This document shows positions 1 to 9,697 of a stretch of DNA of 64,000 nucleotides, one piece after another. Made by a program: the position numbers and the translations under genes. The stretch's first letter is position 1; each line of letters begins with the position of its first letter. This DNA comes from an uncultured Leptospirales bacterium (lineage in GTDB: Bacteria > Spirochaetota > UBA4802 > UBA5550). The DNA is taken from positions 3,168-67,167 of the forward strand of contig CAZEJW010000003.1 in assembly GCA_964512685.1 (NCBI GenBank), given 5' to 3'. The notes below the pieces were generated by a model that was not told the DNA's origin, did not search any database, and saw nothing but the letters and a program-made list of their open reading frames with translations.

Positions 1-179
1 AACGTAATCCTGGAAGATAATTTATAAGGGAATCTTAATATTAAATTAAATATTTGAGTTTTACCTCTGCCAATTCCTTATATTATTCAATAAATCGATA
101 TTTTGGATATTAAATATTCCATATCTAAATAATCAAGAAAAAAACAATTTTGATTTGCCACATAACTTAATACTTATAA

Positions 180-212
180 AAAAACATCAACAAAACCAGG
201 GGTTATCCCTGG
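180..212 (-). terminator. possible rho-independent terminator with no annotated gene upstream
   Basis: 6-bp stem CCAGGG/CCCTGG (196-201 / 207-212), 5-nt loop; on the minus strand it is followed by TTTTGTTGATGTTTTTTT. Confidence 0.35.
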
Positions 213-489
213 GCTCTTCCCGAAATGGAATGCTCTATTACACCTCCGCCCAGTACCTGAAAAGTATCAACATATCAATAAAAGAAAATGGCATAGAGGG
301 ATAAAGATGAGATTTGGGAGATGAAAAAATAATTAGAATAAAAAGGATATTATACTCGACTTAAGCCAATTTTAATGTCTTTTCGGTATCTGAAGAGCAA
401 ATTCAGGAATTTAACGATAAACTGTTAAAAAAATAATATAGCTGAGCAGAATAAATAATTATAAAAAAAGGAGCTGTTGCAAAACAAAT

Positions 490-1647
490 ATGAACCATAT
501 AAAAACACTAATCTCCCTGATCCTTTTGAACCTTATCCTGCTTTCCTGTTCTTACGGAATAAACAATACAAAAAAACTCAAGCCGGATGATGAACCCGCT
601 CTTTGCACTGTTAACACTCAGTGGTCGATAGATGAAGAAACCAAACATCTGAAAAAAAATTATATTTCCAAACGGCATCATGATTCATTTGGAAGAGTCC
701 GGGAGGAGACCGAAATATGCACAGAGGGAGCAATAGAAATACAAAACACATACACTTACTTCTCTGATGATCCTAAAACCGCACTATTCTCCCGCCAATT
801 TAAAACCGGCCATATTTTTAAATCAGAGGGCAAAACAGTATCTGCTGAAAAATGGAAATACCGTCTAATGAAATCAGGAGATGTTGAGCTTGTATTCAGA
901 AGCTATAAATATACAGATATAATCAGCTGGACCCTTGAAAACGAATACCGCGAATTTCCAGCTAACGGGCACAGACTTGTCAAAATGACATATAATGTAA
1001 AACGCGGGAAATACAAGCCTGGATCTGAGTGGAATTCAGGCTTTATCAGAAGCTGGGACTACAGGCTGATTGGTGACATCCCGGTGCCTGTAAAATTTAA
1101 TGAAAATTCCAGCCCGGTAATCGAACTTGAATGGATTGAATTAAAAAATTCAGGAAAAGATCCACTACTTGGCAGAACAAAAAAATTCTATTCACTGAAC
1201 AGAGCAGGCTTTAAAGCAGGCTCATGCATCATTCCGCTTAGTACAAAAAAAACAATATCCCTTTTTGGTGAAAAAAAAATTGAGTTCAATAACAACAAAC
1301 CAATTCAGGATATAGCCAAAAAATTTCCCCCTCAGGAAAACAATTTTATCAGCCAGCACAATAGATCGGGAAATCTTGTACTGTTTAAGAATAATCTGTT
1401 CCTAAAAAAATGGACGTACCATGGAAAATTTGTTAGAGAATTTTCCTGGTTATTAAAAAATAAAAGAGCAGCGCTTACAAAATTTAAACACAGTGAATAT
1501 AATGTTACCCAAAAAAAATATACTGATATATTCCATGCTGATATTTCTTATACTGATCAGGGTCAAATCTCCCGCGAGGAGTGGAAAGTGTATGACCCGA
1601 ATGAAAGAAGAACCATATCTGTATTTCTGGAAGAGTTTGAATACTGA
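490..1647 (+). CDS. putative lipoprotein, unknown function
   Basis: 385-aa ORF; hydrophobic N-terminus ending in lipobox-like L-L-S-C; no recognisable catalytic motif. Confidence 0.55.
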   Translation: MNHIKTLISLILLNLILLSCSYGINNTKKLKPDDEPALCTVNTQWSIDEETKHLKKNYISKRHHDSFGRVREETEICTEGAIEIQNTYTYFSDDPKTALFSRQFKTGHIFKSEGKTVSAEKWKYRLMKSGDVELVFRSYKYTDIISWTLENEYREFPANGHRLVKMTYNVKRGKYKPGSEWNSGFIRSWDYRLIGDIPVPVKFNENSSPVIELEWIELKNSGKDPLLGRTKKFYSLNRAGFKAGSCIIPLSTKKTISLFGEKKIEFNNNKPIQDIAKKFPPQENNFISQHNRSGNLVLFKNNLFLKKWTYHGKFVREFSWLLKNKRAALTKFKHSEYNVTQKKYTDIFHADISYTDQGQISREEWKVYDPNERRTISVFLEEFEY

Positions 1648-1710
1648 TACGGTTTTCTCTTGACCAAAAATGCAAATAAAGTCAAAAGTAATAAAAAACA
1701 GGGGGATGTA

Positions 1711-2112
1711 ATGCAAATAAAAAGATTCGGAGTATCTCTCGAAGAAAACCTGCTAGAGGAACTTGATAAACTGGTTGAAGAACACAGGTTCCCAAACCGT
1801 TCCCAGGCAATAAGATATTTCATTAACAAAAATAAAATTGAAGACCAGTGGGAAAAGGATGAAGATGTTGCAGGAGCGATAGTACTTATCTATGATCACC
1901 ATAAAAGAGAGTTAAACAGCCAATCAATGAAACTTCAGCACGATTATCATCACTTGATTCTTTCTGTTCAGCATGTTCACCTTGATCATAATAACTGCCT
2001 TGAAACAATCGCAGTAAAGGGAAGAGCCAGTGAGCTGAAAACCCTTGCAGATTCTCTAATTGGTCTCAAAGGAATTAAACACGGAGATCTCGTAATGAGT
2101 ACATCATCATAA
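1711..2112 (+). CDS. nikR: nickel-responsive transcriptional regulator NikR (ribbon-helix-helix plus Ni-binding domain)
   Basis: MQIKRFGVSLEENLLEELD RHH N-terminus; C-terminal HVHLDHNNCLE matches the E. coli NikR HVH-x5-C nickel site; internal ATG at 1711 preceded by GGGGGA; 133 aa is typical length. Confidence 0.85.
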   Translation: MQIKRFGVSLEENLLEELDKLVEEHRFPNRSQAIRYFINKNKIEDQWEKDEDVAGAIVLIYDHHKRELNSQSMKLQHDYHHLILSVQHVHLDHNNCLETIAVKGRASELKTLADSLIGLKGIKHGDLVMSTSS

Positions 2113-2125
2113 TATGAAGCATTTT

Positions 2126-2168
2126 AAAATATCAGAGAAAATAAAATTTTCTTACACTCTGATATTTT
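2126..2168 (+). terminator. perfect 12-bp inverted repeat downstream of nikR (terminator or operator)
   Basis: AAAATATCAGAG (2126-2137) and CTCTGATATTTT (2157-2168) with a 19-nt spacer, 14 nt after the nikR stop. Confidence 0.4.
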
Positions 2169-2324
2169 ACTAAAAAAATAAAGTTTAAAAAAAATCCTTC
2201 ATCTTATATTATAAATTAAATCATCTGTTGCAGAGCAGAAAATAATTACCGGCAATCAGATAACAGCAGAGCAGTTGTTCACGGAGAAAAATACCATGAT
2301 CTATGATGGAGGATTTTTCAACCG

Positions 2325-3320
2325 ATGGATCAGATAATTATAAGAGAACTAATCCCGCTTCTTAAACTTCTTGAAAACAGAGGAGTAAATGTAACGAATT
2401 TTCTCTGGTCTGAAGGAATTTCGCCTGAATCGGTTCTGAATCCTGACACAAGAATAGATTCCCAAAAACTTGAATCAATAACCTCTACTGCAACACAGAT
2501 CACAGGAGATGAAAACATTGGACTACGCCAGGGTGAAATCTTTGGCCTGTATTCGAATGTCCCCTTTTTTATACTGACAAACTGCAACGATCTTTGCGAA
2601 GCATTATACAGGTATCTTACATATCAGAAAATTGCCGATGAAACGAAGCAAGTGAAAATTGAAACCAACTATGATTCAGCAAAAATCCTGATCGAAACAT
2701 ATTCTTCAGGCAACTCATGGTCAAGGCATTTGTCTGATGCAGGACTTTCGACAATCTACAGTTTCTTAAAACTTATAACAAGAAAAGAAATATGGCTCGA
2801 CAGAGTGAAGTTCAGGCATCCTGAACCTTCAGACCTTCCGGAATATACAAGATTTTTCAAATGCAGACCGGAGTTCAGTACTGATGAAGATTCAATAAGT
2901 TTCAAAATCAAATACCTTAAATCGAAAATATATCTCAACAGTAAAAACAAATTAGAATCAATCCACAAAAAAATAATTGATATTACTGATACGCTGCCCC
3001 TTGAAAATTTCTCCAGAACCGTAAGCAGAGTTATCGCAGAAAACCTGCCGGGAACACTTCCGTCAGCTGAAATTGCCGCAAGAAGGCTTGCGGTTTCAAC
3101 TGATATGATGAATCAAAGGCTGAAGGATGAAGAAAACGACTACCGTTTAATTCTCGATTCAGTCAGGCTTAAATCTGCACTCTGCTATTTAAACGACATG
3201 ACACTCTCGATAGTTGACATTGCATACCTGCTTGGATTTTCAGATGTTGAGTCACTTGAGAAATTTATTAAATACAAAACTGAACTGAATACAATTGATT
3301 ACAGGCCAAAAAAAAAATAA
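2325..3320 (+). CDS. AraC family transcriptional regulator
   Basis: 331 aa; C-terminal AraC-type HTH (SIVDIAYLLGFSDVESLEKFIKYKT) after a ~220-aa ligand-binding-type N-domain. Confidence 0.75.
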   Translation: MDQIIIRELIPLLKLLENRGVNVTNFLWSEGISPESVLNPDTRIDSQKLESITSTATQITGDENIGLRQGEIFGLYSNVPFFILTNCNDLCEALYRYLTYQKIADETKQVKIETNYDSAKILIETYSSGNSWSRHLSDAGLSTIYSFLKLITRKEIWLDRVKFRHPEPSDLPEYTRFFKCRPEFSTDEDSISFKIKYLKSKIYLNSKNKLESIHKKIIDITDTLPLENFSRTVSRVIAENLPGTLPSAEIAARRLAVSTDMMNQRLKDEENDYRLILDSVRLKSALCYLNDMTLSIVDIAYLLGFSDVESLEKFIKYKTELNTIDYRPKKK

Positions 3321-3371
3321 TTATTCGACTTTATAACTAACGGCTGTTAGTACAAAGTAAAGGTGCCGGCA

Positions 3372-4316
3372 ATGAAAAAACTTACAAGAAAAGCATTCAC
3401 AAAAAAGATAATCAACACCCTGCTTCTTTTACCATTCTTTCCTCAATGCATGTTAAATGTTTTTGCAGACGAAAGACTCCTTCTTCCCAGAAAAAAGAGA
3501 ATTATCAGGACAAAAAATGATATTGTATCAGTGAGAGGACCCAACATTAAAACAAATCTGACTGCTGCTCTAAAAGAACTTGGAGGCATTGAGAATTTCG
3601 TCAAGAGAGGAGATACAGTCGTAATAAAACCAAATATCGGATGGAACCGTAAACCTGAATATGCAGCCAACACCAACCCCGATCTCATTGAAGAACTTGT
3701 AAGGATATGTTTAAAAGCCGGAGCCGGAAAAGTAAAAATTTTCGATAATACCTGCAACAGTGCAAGAATGTGTTATGCAAACAGCGGAATAAAAGCAGCG
3801 GTAAAAAAAGCCGGTGGAGATATCTATCATGTCTCAAAATGGAAATTTCAGAAAGCACTTTTTCCAGATGGAAGTCTAATGAAGGGCTGGCCGATCTTCA
3901 GGGATGCGGTCAACTGTGATTGTTTTATCAATGTACCTATTGCCAAACACCACAGTCTCACCAAACTTACACTTTCCATGAAAAACCTCATGGGTATATG
4001 CGGAGGGAACCGTGGAGAAATTCACTGGAACATTGATATAAAATTAGCCGAACTTACATCGTTTATAAAACCTGACCTTACAATAATTGACTGTCACAGG
4101 GTCCTTACCCGCAATGGTCCCTCCGGGGGTAGTCTTGGGGATGTAAAAGTGATGAACACACTTATTGCAGGCTCTGACCCGGTTCTTGCGGACGCAACAG
4201 CAGCCAGGCTTATGGGTATAAACCCCGCTTTAATCGGGCATATTGCCCAGGCGCATAAAGCAGGTATTGGCAAGATGAAAGCTGCCAGAGGGAAATCAAG
4301 GAGTCTATCTCTTTGA
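3372..4316 (+). CDS. DUF362 domain-containing protein, exported
   Basis: VVIKPNIGWNRKPEYAANTNPDLIEELV and later blocks typical of DUF362; N-terminal signal sequence containing TRKAFTK (Tat-like motif with RK); ATG at 3372 chosen over GTG at 3363. Confidence 0.75.
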   Translation: MKKLTRKAFTKKIINTLLLLPFFPQCMLNVFADERLLLPRKKRIIRTKNDIVSVRGPNIKTNLTAALKELGGIENFVKRGDTVVIKPNIGWNRKPEYAANTNPDLIEELVRICLKAGAGKVKIFDNTCNSARMCYANSGIKAAVKKAGGDIYHVSKWKFQKALFPDGSLMKGWPIFRDAVNCDCFINVPIAKHHSLTKLTLSMKNLMGICGGNRGEIHWNIDIKLAELTSFIKPDLTIIDCHRVLTRNGPSGGSLGDVKVMNTLIAGSDPVLADATAARLMGINPALIGHIAQAHKAGIGKMKAARGKSRSLSL

Positions 4317-5887
4317 AGATCAAACCAACAACAGTAAGCATAAGAAAGCTTGTACAGGTTGTATTCTTCTCTCTTTTTATATTTATTATCTGGAATACGC
4401 GTTATCCGATAAACGATAAACTGAATATAAAATGGTACTTTCAGCTCGATCCTCTGGCAATGATTATAACTGCCATTGCAGAAAGAGTTCTTCTCTCCGG
4501 TCTGATCTTAACCGGCATTACTCTTGTAATTACGATTCTCTTTGGCAGGGTATTCTGCGGATGGTTTTGTCCCCTGGGAGCTGTTCTGGATTTCACAGCA
4601 TTGATCAAAGGTAAAATAATGAAACTTTTCAAAAAAAATAACCATGAGGCCGGGCCCGGAAAGACTTTATATTTTAAATACCTCATTCTGTTACCATTAT
4701 TGATTCTTGCTTTTGCCGGCTATCAGGCTGCATGGCTTTTTGATCCCCTTTCAATAACATTCAGAGCTTTTTCACTCAACATTCATCCGTATGCCAATTC
4801 CTTTCTGGAGTCGTTTTTTGGATTTCTTCTCATAAAATCCGGTTTTAATGAAAACATTGAATACCTGTATGAAATACTACGCGAATCAATGCTTAGTATA
4901 ACTAAACCAGAATTTCCACATTCGGGGGCAACAGGGCTCATTTTTCTTTTGCTTATTCTTACTGTTTTCATAAAAAGAAGATTCTGGTGCAGATACCTTT
5001 GTCCGCTGGGAGCAATGCTTGCACTGTTCTCCCGATTTTCACCTTTTGAGAGACATTCCATATGTAAAAATTCCTGCGGAATATGTAAAAATGAATGCAG
5101 GATGAATGCAATAAGAGAGGACAACAGCTACAAGAAAGAAGAATGTATTCTCTGCTTTGACTGTACTGAAAACTGCCCAGGACAAAAAACAAACTTCACT
5201 TTTAAAATAAAAAGAAAAGAGAATTCCAGACAGTTATCTGACAGCAAAAAACAAACAACTGTTTTTTCTGTAACGAGGAAATCGTTTATAGAATCTTTTA
5301 TGCTGTTCTTTTCTTTGACACTCATTCCCGGAAGCCTGGTCTTTGCAGATCAAAAAAAGAAAAGAAAGCTGAGACCACCCGGAGCGCTTAAAGAGGATGA
5401 ATTCAATCTTAGATGTATCAGATGCGGCAACTGTATCAAAATATGTCCAACGAATGGACTTAAGCCGGCTGTTGAAAATTTTTATACCCTGTGGACTCCT
5501 TTACTGGATACAGAAAAAGGTTATTGTGAATTTGAATGCAATATGTGCGGGAAGGTATGCCCGACAGGAGCTATTCAAAATCTTGAACCAAAAACAAAAA
5601 AGAAATTTAAAATTGGACTTGCGGTAATTAATAAAAAAACCTGCCTTCCCTGGGCAAAGGGTGAACCATGTATTGTTTGCGAAGAACACTGCCCAACAAG
5701 TCCCAAGGCAATCAAACTTATAAACAAATCCCTCAAAGGGAAAAAAATCCAGCTCCCTGTCATAAATACAGCTCTTTGCACAGGATGTGGTATATGCGAA
5801 TACAAATGTCCTGTTCTGGAGGAAAGAGGAATATGGGTTTCCGAATTAAAAGGCAACAAAAAAAATGCCCGGCAAAAGCCGGGCTAA
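4313..5887 (+). CDS. NapH/MauN-like membrane polyferredoxin (4Fe-4S binding protein)
   Basis: Multiple TM segments; two CxxCP motifs (FCGWFCPLGA, WCRYLCPLGA); at least five CxxCxxCxxxCP ferredoxin motifs; TTG start overlaps the DUF362 stop (TTGA). Confidence 0.75.
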   Translation: MKIKPTTVSIRKLVQVVFFSLFIFIIWNTRYPINDKLNIKWYFQLDPLAMIITAIAERVLLSGLILTGITLVITILFGRVFCGWFCPLGAVLDFTALIKGKIMKLFKKNNHEAGPGKTLYFKYLILLPLLILAFAGYQAAWLFDPLSITFRAFSLNIHPYANSFLESFFGFLLIKSGFNENIEYLYEILRESMLSITKPEFPHSGATGLIFLLLILTVFIKRRFWCRYLCPLGAMLALFSRFSPFERHSICKNSCGICKNECRMNAIREDNSYKKEECILCFDCTENCPGQKTNFTFKIKRKENSRQLSDSKKQTTVFSVTRKSFIESFMLFFSLTLIPGSLVFADQKKKRKLRPPGALKEDEFNLRCIRCGNCIKICPTNGLKPAVENFYTLWTPLLDTEKGYCEFECNMCGKVCPTGAIQNLEPKTKKKFKIGLAVINKKTCLPWAKGEPCIVCEEHCPTSPKAIKLINKSLKGKKIQLPVINTALCTGCGICEYKCPVLEERGIWVSELKGNKKNARQKPG

Positions 5888-5900
5888 ATCAATTCTTTTC
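5867..5900 (+). terminator. rho-independent terminator candidate after the polyferredoxin gene
   Basis: GCCCGGC-AAAA-GCCGGGC hairpin (5867-5884) spanning the CDS end, followed by a weak T-rich tail. Confidence 0.5.
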
Positions 5901-6249
5901 TGGAGAGATCATGTTATCTCGCTCATGTTAAATGAGACCGGATATATGAAAAAAAGTTCCTTTAAATTCAGTTTTCCTTTATCCATTAATACAGAAAATA
6001 TGAAAAAACAGTCTTAATAAACGTTATAAATTTCAGTATAGAAATCCCAAGAAAAGTTACAAATGCAGATAAAATAATCAATGTATGCAATGGAAGCAGG
6101 AGATACTTTTGATGAATATATCACAACTACGAAAAAAAAGCTAAACCAATTCTCGTTATTGAAGTTAAAAGGTAAGGCCAAAAAATTCATTGAGTTTTCA
6201 AAATGAAAAAATTAAATAGATTATCGTGGGGAATATGAATCAACGTCGA

Positions 6250-6284
6250 TAAAAAATACATAAGGCCGCTGTAGATGCAGCCTT
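6250..6284 (-). terminator. rho-independent terminator after the gpt-like gene
   Basis: Minus strand AAGGCTGC-ATCTACA-GCGGCCTT (8 bp incl. one G-U) followed by ATGTATTTTTTAT, 8 nt after the stop. Confidence 0.6.
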
Positions 6285-6291
6285 AATATTT

Positions 6292-6726
6292 TTACATTAC
6301 TTCCCAATAAAAATCTACCCAGCGGTCTTCCTCTACCCTGTGAGCGAATTCAACATCTTCAACCGGAAGTTTAGAAATGAGACAGAGAGTATCAAAATCC
6401 ACATGCGGATACATTGAATGAATCTTTTTAATAGTATTGCCGCTGTCATAAATATCATCACACAAGAGAAACATCCCTTCTGCAAGCTCCGGTTTAAGTC
6501 CAATCTGAAATTCATTCTGAAGCTTGCCTGTATATGATGATATCTCGATATAGAGTATCGGAAGTTTGAGATGATTGCTCATGAAATATGAGAGGAAAAA
6601 TCCTCCTCTCAAAGGGCATAGAATCGCCTTGTAATTATTTCCTTTTTTTCTCACTTTATCAAGAAGTATATATGAGTATTCTGTTACCATTTCTGGTGAC
6701 ACATAAAAATGTTCCTTGTCAGTCAT
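6292..6726 (-). CDS. gpt: xanthine-guanine phosphoribosyltransferase-like purine PRT
   Basis: 144 aa; PRPP motif LLCDDIYDSGNT; overall layout parallels E. coli Gpt (RGG..., ISSY, C-terminal W..F.WE). Confidence 0.7.
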   Translation of the reverse strand: MTDKEHFYVSPEMVTEYSYILLDKVRKKGNNYKAILCPLRGGFFLSYFMSNHLKLPILYIEISSYTGKLQNEFQIGLKPELAEGMFLLCDDIYDSGNTIKKIHSMYPHVDFDTLCLISKLPVEDVEFAHRVEEDRWVDFYWEVM

Positions 6727-6750
6727 AACCAGTTCCGTAGTGAAATTTCA

Positions 6751-6777
6751 GGCCTCCTGGAAGGAGGCCTTTTTTTT
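6751..6777. other. GC-rich hairpin between the permease and gpt-like genes
   Basis: GGCCTCC-TGGAA-GGAGGCC then T8 on the plus strand; the T-run overlaps the permease stop codon; both flanking genes are on the minus strand. Confidence 0.4.
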
Positions 6778-8074
6778 ATTTAAATACAAAAGCCAGAACA
6801 GAAACAGCAGCAAGAACTATAACAACCGGATTAAGTTCTTTCACTTTTCCTGTTACAAGTTTGATGAATACATAAGAAATAAAACCTGCTGCAAGCCCCT
6901 TTGTTATAGAAAAAGTGAGAGGCATGAGAAGTATTATAAGAAAAGCCGGAATTCCAATCTCGAGGTTGGCAAAATTAACATTCTTGAGGTCAATAAACAT
7001 GAGAACGCCAACAATAACCAGAACAGGATAAATAGCATTAGGAGGAATACTCTTGAAAAAAGGCAACAGAAAAAGAGTTCCGGTAAAAAGCAGTCCTGTA
7101 ACAACAGCAGTAAGTCCGCTCTTACCGCCTTCTTCAACACCGGCAGCGCTCTCAATAAAACTGGTTGTTGTTGACACACCAATTATAGATCCTGCAACTG
7201 TTGCGACAGCATCAACCTCGAGTGTTTTTTGAATTGCCTGAGTGTCTTCCTCAGAAAAAATACCTGCCCTGTAACCGACACCTGCAAGAGTACCAAGACT
7301 GTCAAAAAGGTCTGTGAGCATAAATGTTATAATAGGTGCAATAAGAGATGCACTCAATGCAGCCTTAATATCAAGCTCGCCGAAAATCGGTGCAATACTT
7401 GCCGGCATGGAAAAAAGAGTATCCGGAGCTTTTGCAACCCCCATGATATAACCAACTATTGCAGTAAAAATTATGCTTATAATAAATGCCCCTTTTACCT
7501 TCCAGACAACAAGACAGATAATGCTGAACATACCAATAATACCCAGGATAATTTTGGGATCAGCAAGATTACCAAGAGTTACAAATGTTGCGGGATGAGG
7601 TGCAACAAACCCCATTTCTTTTAGTCCGATAAATGCGATAAAAAGTCCAATCCCAGCAGAAATTGAAATCTTGAATTCAGGACTGATTGACTCGACAAAT
7701 AGCTTTCTGATCTTTGTAACAGTAAGAAGTACGAAAATAATCCCTGATATAAAAACAATACCCAGAACAGTCTGCCAGGGCATCTTTTCGCCAAGACACA
7801 GTGCAAATGTAAAATAACTGTTGAGTCCAAGACCAACTGACATACCTATAGGTGTGTTCGACCACAGGCCATTTGCAACAGTTGCAATTATTGAGACAAG
7901 AGCAGTTGCTGTTATAACAGCCTCGATTGGCATACCGGCTTTCTGCATTATAAAGCCATTAAGCGGTACAATATACATCATTGTCAGGAATGTTGTTATC
8001 CCGGCAATGACCTCAGTTTTGATATCAGACCCAAGCTCTTCAAGTTTGAAAAATTTTGTAATGAATTCTGTCAT
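6776..8074 (-). CDS. NCS2-family adenine/guanine/hypoxanthine permease (AzgA/PbuG type)
   Basis: 432 aa, about 12 TM; N-terminus MTEFITKFFKLEELGSDIKTEVIAGITTFLTMMYI typical of COG2252 purine permeases. Confidence 0.85.
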   Translation of the reverse strand: MTEFITKFFKLEELGSDIKTEVIAGITTFLTMMYIVPLNGFIMQKAGMPIEAVITATALVSIIATVANGLWSNTPIGMSVGLGLNSYFTFALCLGEKMPWQTVLGIVFISGIIFVLLTVTKIRKLFVESISPEFKISISAGIGLFIAFIGLKEMGFVAPHPATFVTLGNLADPKIILGIIGMFSIICLVVWKVKGAFIISIIFTAIVGYIMGVAKAPDTLFSMPASIAPIFGELDIKAALSASLIAPIITFMLTDLFDSLGTLAGVGYRAGIFSEEDTQAIQKTLEVDAVATVAGSIIGVSTTTSFIESAAGVEEGGKSGLTAVVTGLLFTGTLFLLPFFKSIPPNAIYPVLVIVGVLMFIDLKNVNFANLEIGIPAFLIILLMPLTFSITKGLAAGFISYVFIKLVTGKVKELNPVVIVLAAVSVLAFVFK

Positions 8075-8440
8075 CTGCTCCTCTCATGATCAGCATTTTT
8101 TATTTCAGGATATATTCCCGAAAATTATTTACCGGTTTCAGGTGAAAATTGATTCTGTTTATGAAATAATTATGATGAAAATTCTGTTAGAATAAATCAA
8201 GATCAATATTGATTTTTAAAACACCCGAATCGGATTATTTATTACTTGAAGTCATTTTCAAAAATTACATTCTTATGTTCAAGCGTTTCTCATATTTTTT
8301 GAAAATTTTAACATCAATTAATCATCACACTAGAGCCTCATTTTACTCTCCACTCATAAATAGAGTCAATCATTTATTGATTATGGCATAACCGGAATTA
8401 TTCGAATATTTCTCAGCAGGATACTTTCAGTCTGCCCTTT

Positions 8441-9697
8441 TTACCAGTCCCTGTTTAAAGCCGATGTCGACAGCCTGAAAAGCGCCGGAATCGTTGACAA
8501 GGCGGGAAGAACAGTACCACCCAGAAGAATCCTGAATTTTAAATCTTCAGGAAGAAGTCCCCTGAAAAAAATTCCCGGAACAGATATACTTTTCAACAGA
8601 CTATCACCTGCGTATTCAAAAGCAGCAATTCCCAGATATGACCCCAAAAAACCAATTATCAGATATCTGATAATGATAGTAAAAACAATAAAGATACTGG
8701 GTGCACCCGCAATTCTCATTACCCTGTAATATTCCATCCTGTTATAAACAGAAATCATTGATGAAAAGGCAATAGCAATACCTGCAATTGCAATGATAAT
8801 ATAGACAATTGAGCCCAGAACGATCTCTGCCATCCTAACAAGCCCGGTAATTTTTTCTGATACACGCGTGCCAGACTCAACCCTGTAGCCCATCTTTTTT
8901 ATTGATTTTATTACCGCAGGCAGAACTTTATGATTTGAAACTCTGACAATGAGGTGATTATATTTCAGTGAACCGGAGCCAAACCTGTTATTGTAATACT
9001 CCGTTGTTCTCAATGGAAGGATGAGAGAGAGAGAATTGATCTTTTCTGTAAAGCCTGCGATCACTGCTTTTTTTTCTGCATAACCATCTATACTTCTAAG
9101 GCTTGAGTGCCCGAATTTAAGATTGAACGACATCCCGGTTGCTGTTTGTGCAGAGATCCTGCGAAGATTATTCTGGCCTGCCATTCCTTCATTATAAGCA
9201 TTGAGTACAGCTTCAGGCACAAGAACCGGTATATCATCTGACGGGACTTTCCTGTTCCACAACTTCTTCATCCTGCTGTCTGCAATATCTTTTTTTACCA
9301 TCGACAATGGAACCCCCATTGCCATAAGGTCGGTTCGATAGCCATAGCCAAATAATGATATTCCAGCCTGCATCGGAAAATCCGCAGCCATCACAGGATA
9401 AACAACTTTCACGCCTCCTGTCTTTCTGATTTTCCACAATGACCCTTTGTCTATTTGTTTACCTGATGAGGCAAACTGAAAAAAAAGAAAACTGGCTCCC
9501 TGCGGCGGAGACACCCTGAGCGTGTCAGGCGCAATTGATTTAGCGAATTTTGAATGAATATAAATTTTAAAATTACTGCTGCCTGTAATAAAGACTGAAG
9601 TCAGAAGAATGCTTAAAAAAATAGTCATAAAAACCACAAAGCTGATGAGCCTGCCGCTCAAAACCTCCTTTATTGCAAGAAATGCCCTTTGTATCAT
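8441..9697 (-). CDS. ABC transporter permease, FtsX/MacB-type
   Basis: N-terminal TM, ~270-aa extracytoplasmic domain, three C-terminal TMs with an FtsX-like block (RMEYYRVMRIAGAPS); ATG at 9697 forms an ATGA overlap with the ATPase stop. Confidence 0.75.
   Translation of the reverse strand: MIQRAFLAIKEVLSGRLISFVVFMTIFLSILLTSVFITGSSNFKIYIHSKFAKSIAPDTLRVSPPQGASFLFFQFASSGKQIDKGSLWKIRKTGGVKVVYPVMAADFPMQAGISLFGYGYRTDLMAMGVPLSMVKKDIADSRMKKLWNRKVPSDDIPVLVPEAVLNAYNEGMAGQNNLRRISAQTATGMSFNLKFGHSSLRSIDGYAEKKAVIAGFTEKINSLSLILPLRTTEYYNNRFGSGSLKYNHLIVRVSNHKVLPAVIKSIKKMGYRVESGTRVSEKITGLVRMAEIVLGSIVYIIIAIAGIAIAFSSMISVYNRMEYYRVMRIAGAPSIFIVFTIIIRYLIIGFLGSYLGIAAFEYAGDSLLKSISVPGIFFRGLLPEDLKFRILLGGTVLPALSTIPALFRLSTSALNRDW

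Noticed and set aside
8202-8213. Perfect 12-bp palindrome ATCAATATTGAT upstream of the permease gene as an operator
   Set aside because: AT-rich 6+6 palindromes are expected many times by chance in 64 kb of AT-rich DNA. It has no extended symmetry and no second copy.
8075-8300. Possible purine riboswitch upstream of the purine permease / gpt-like operon
   Set aside because: I read the minus strand and found none of the conserved purine-riboswitch core (UAUAAU...UAUGG...GUUUCUACC...CUAUG three-way junction). Only AT-rich sequence without matching helices is present.
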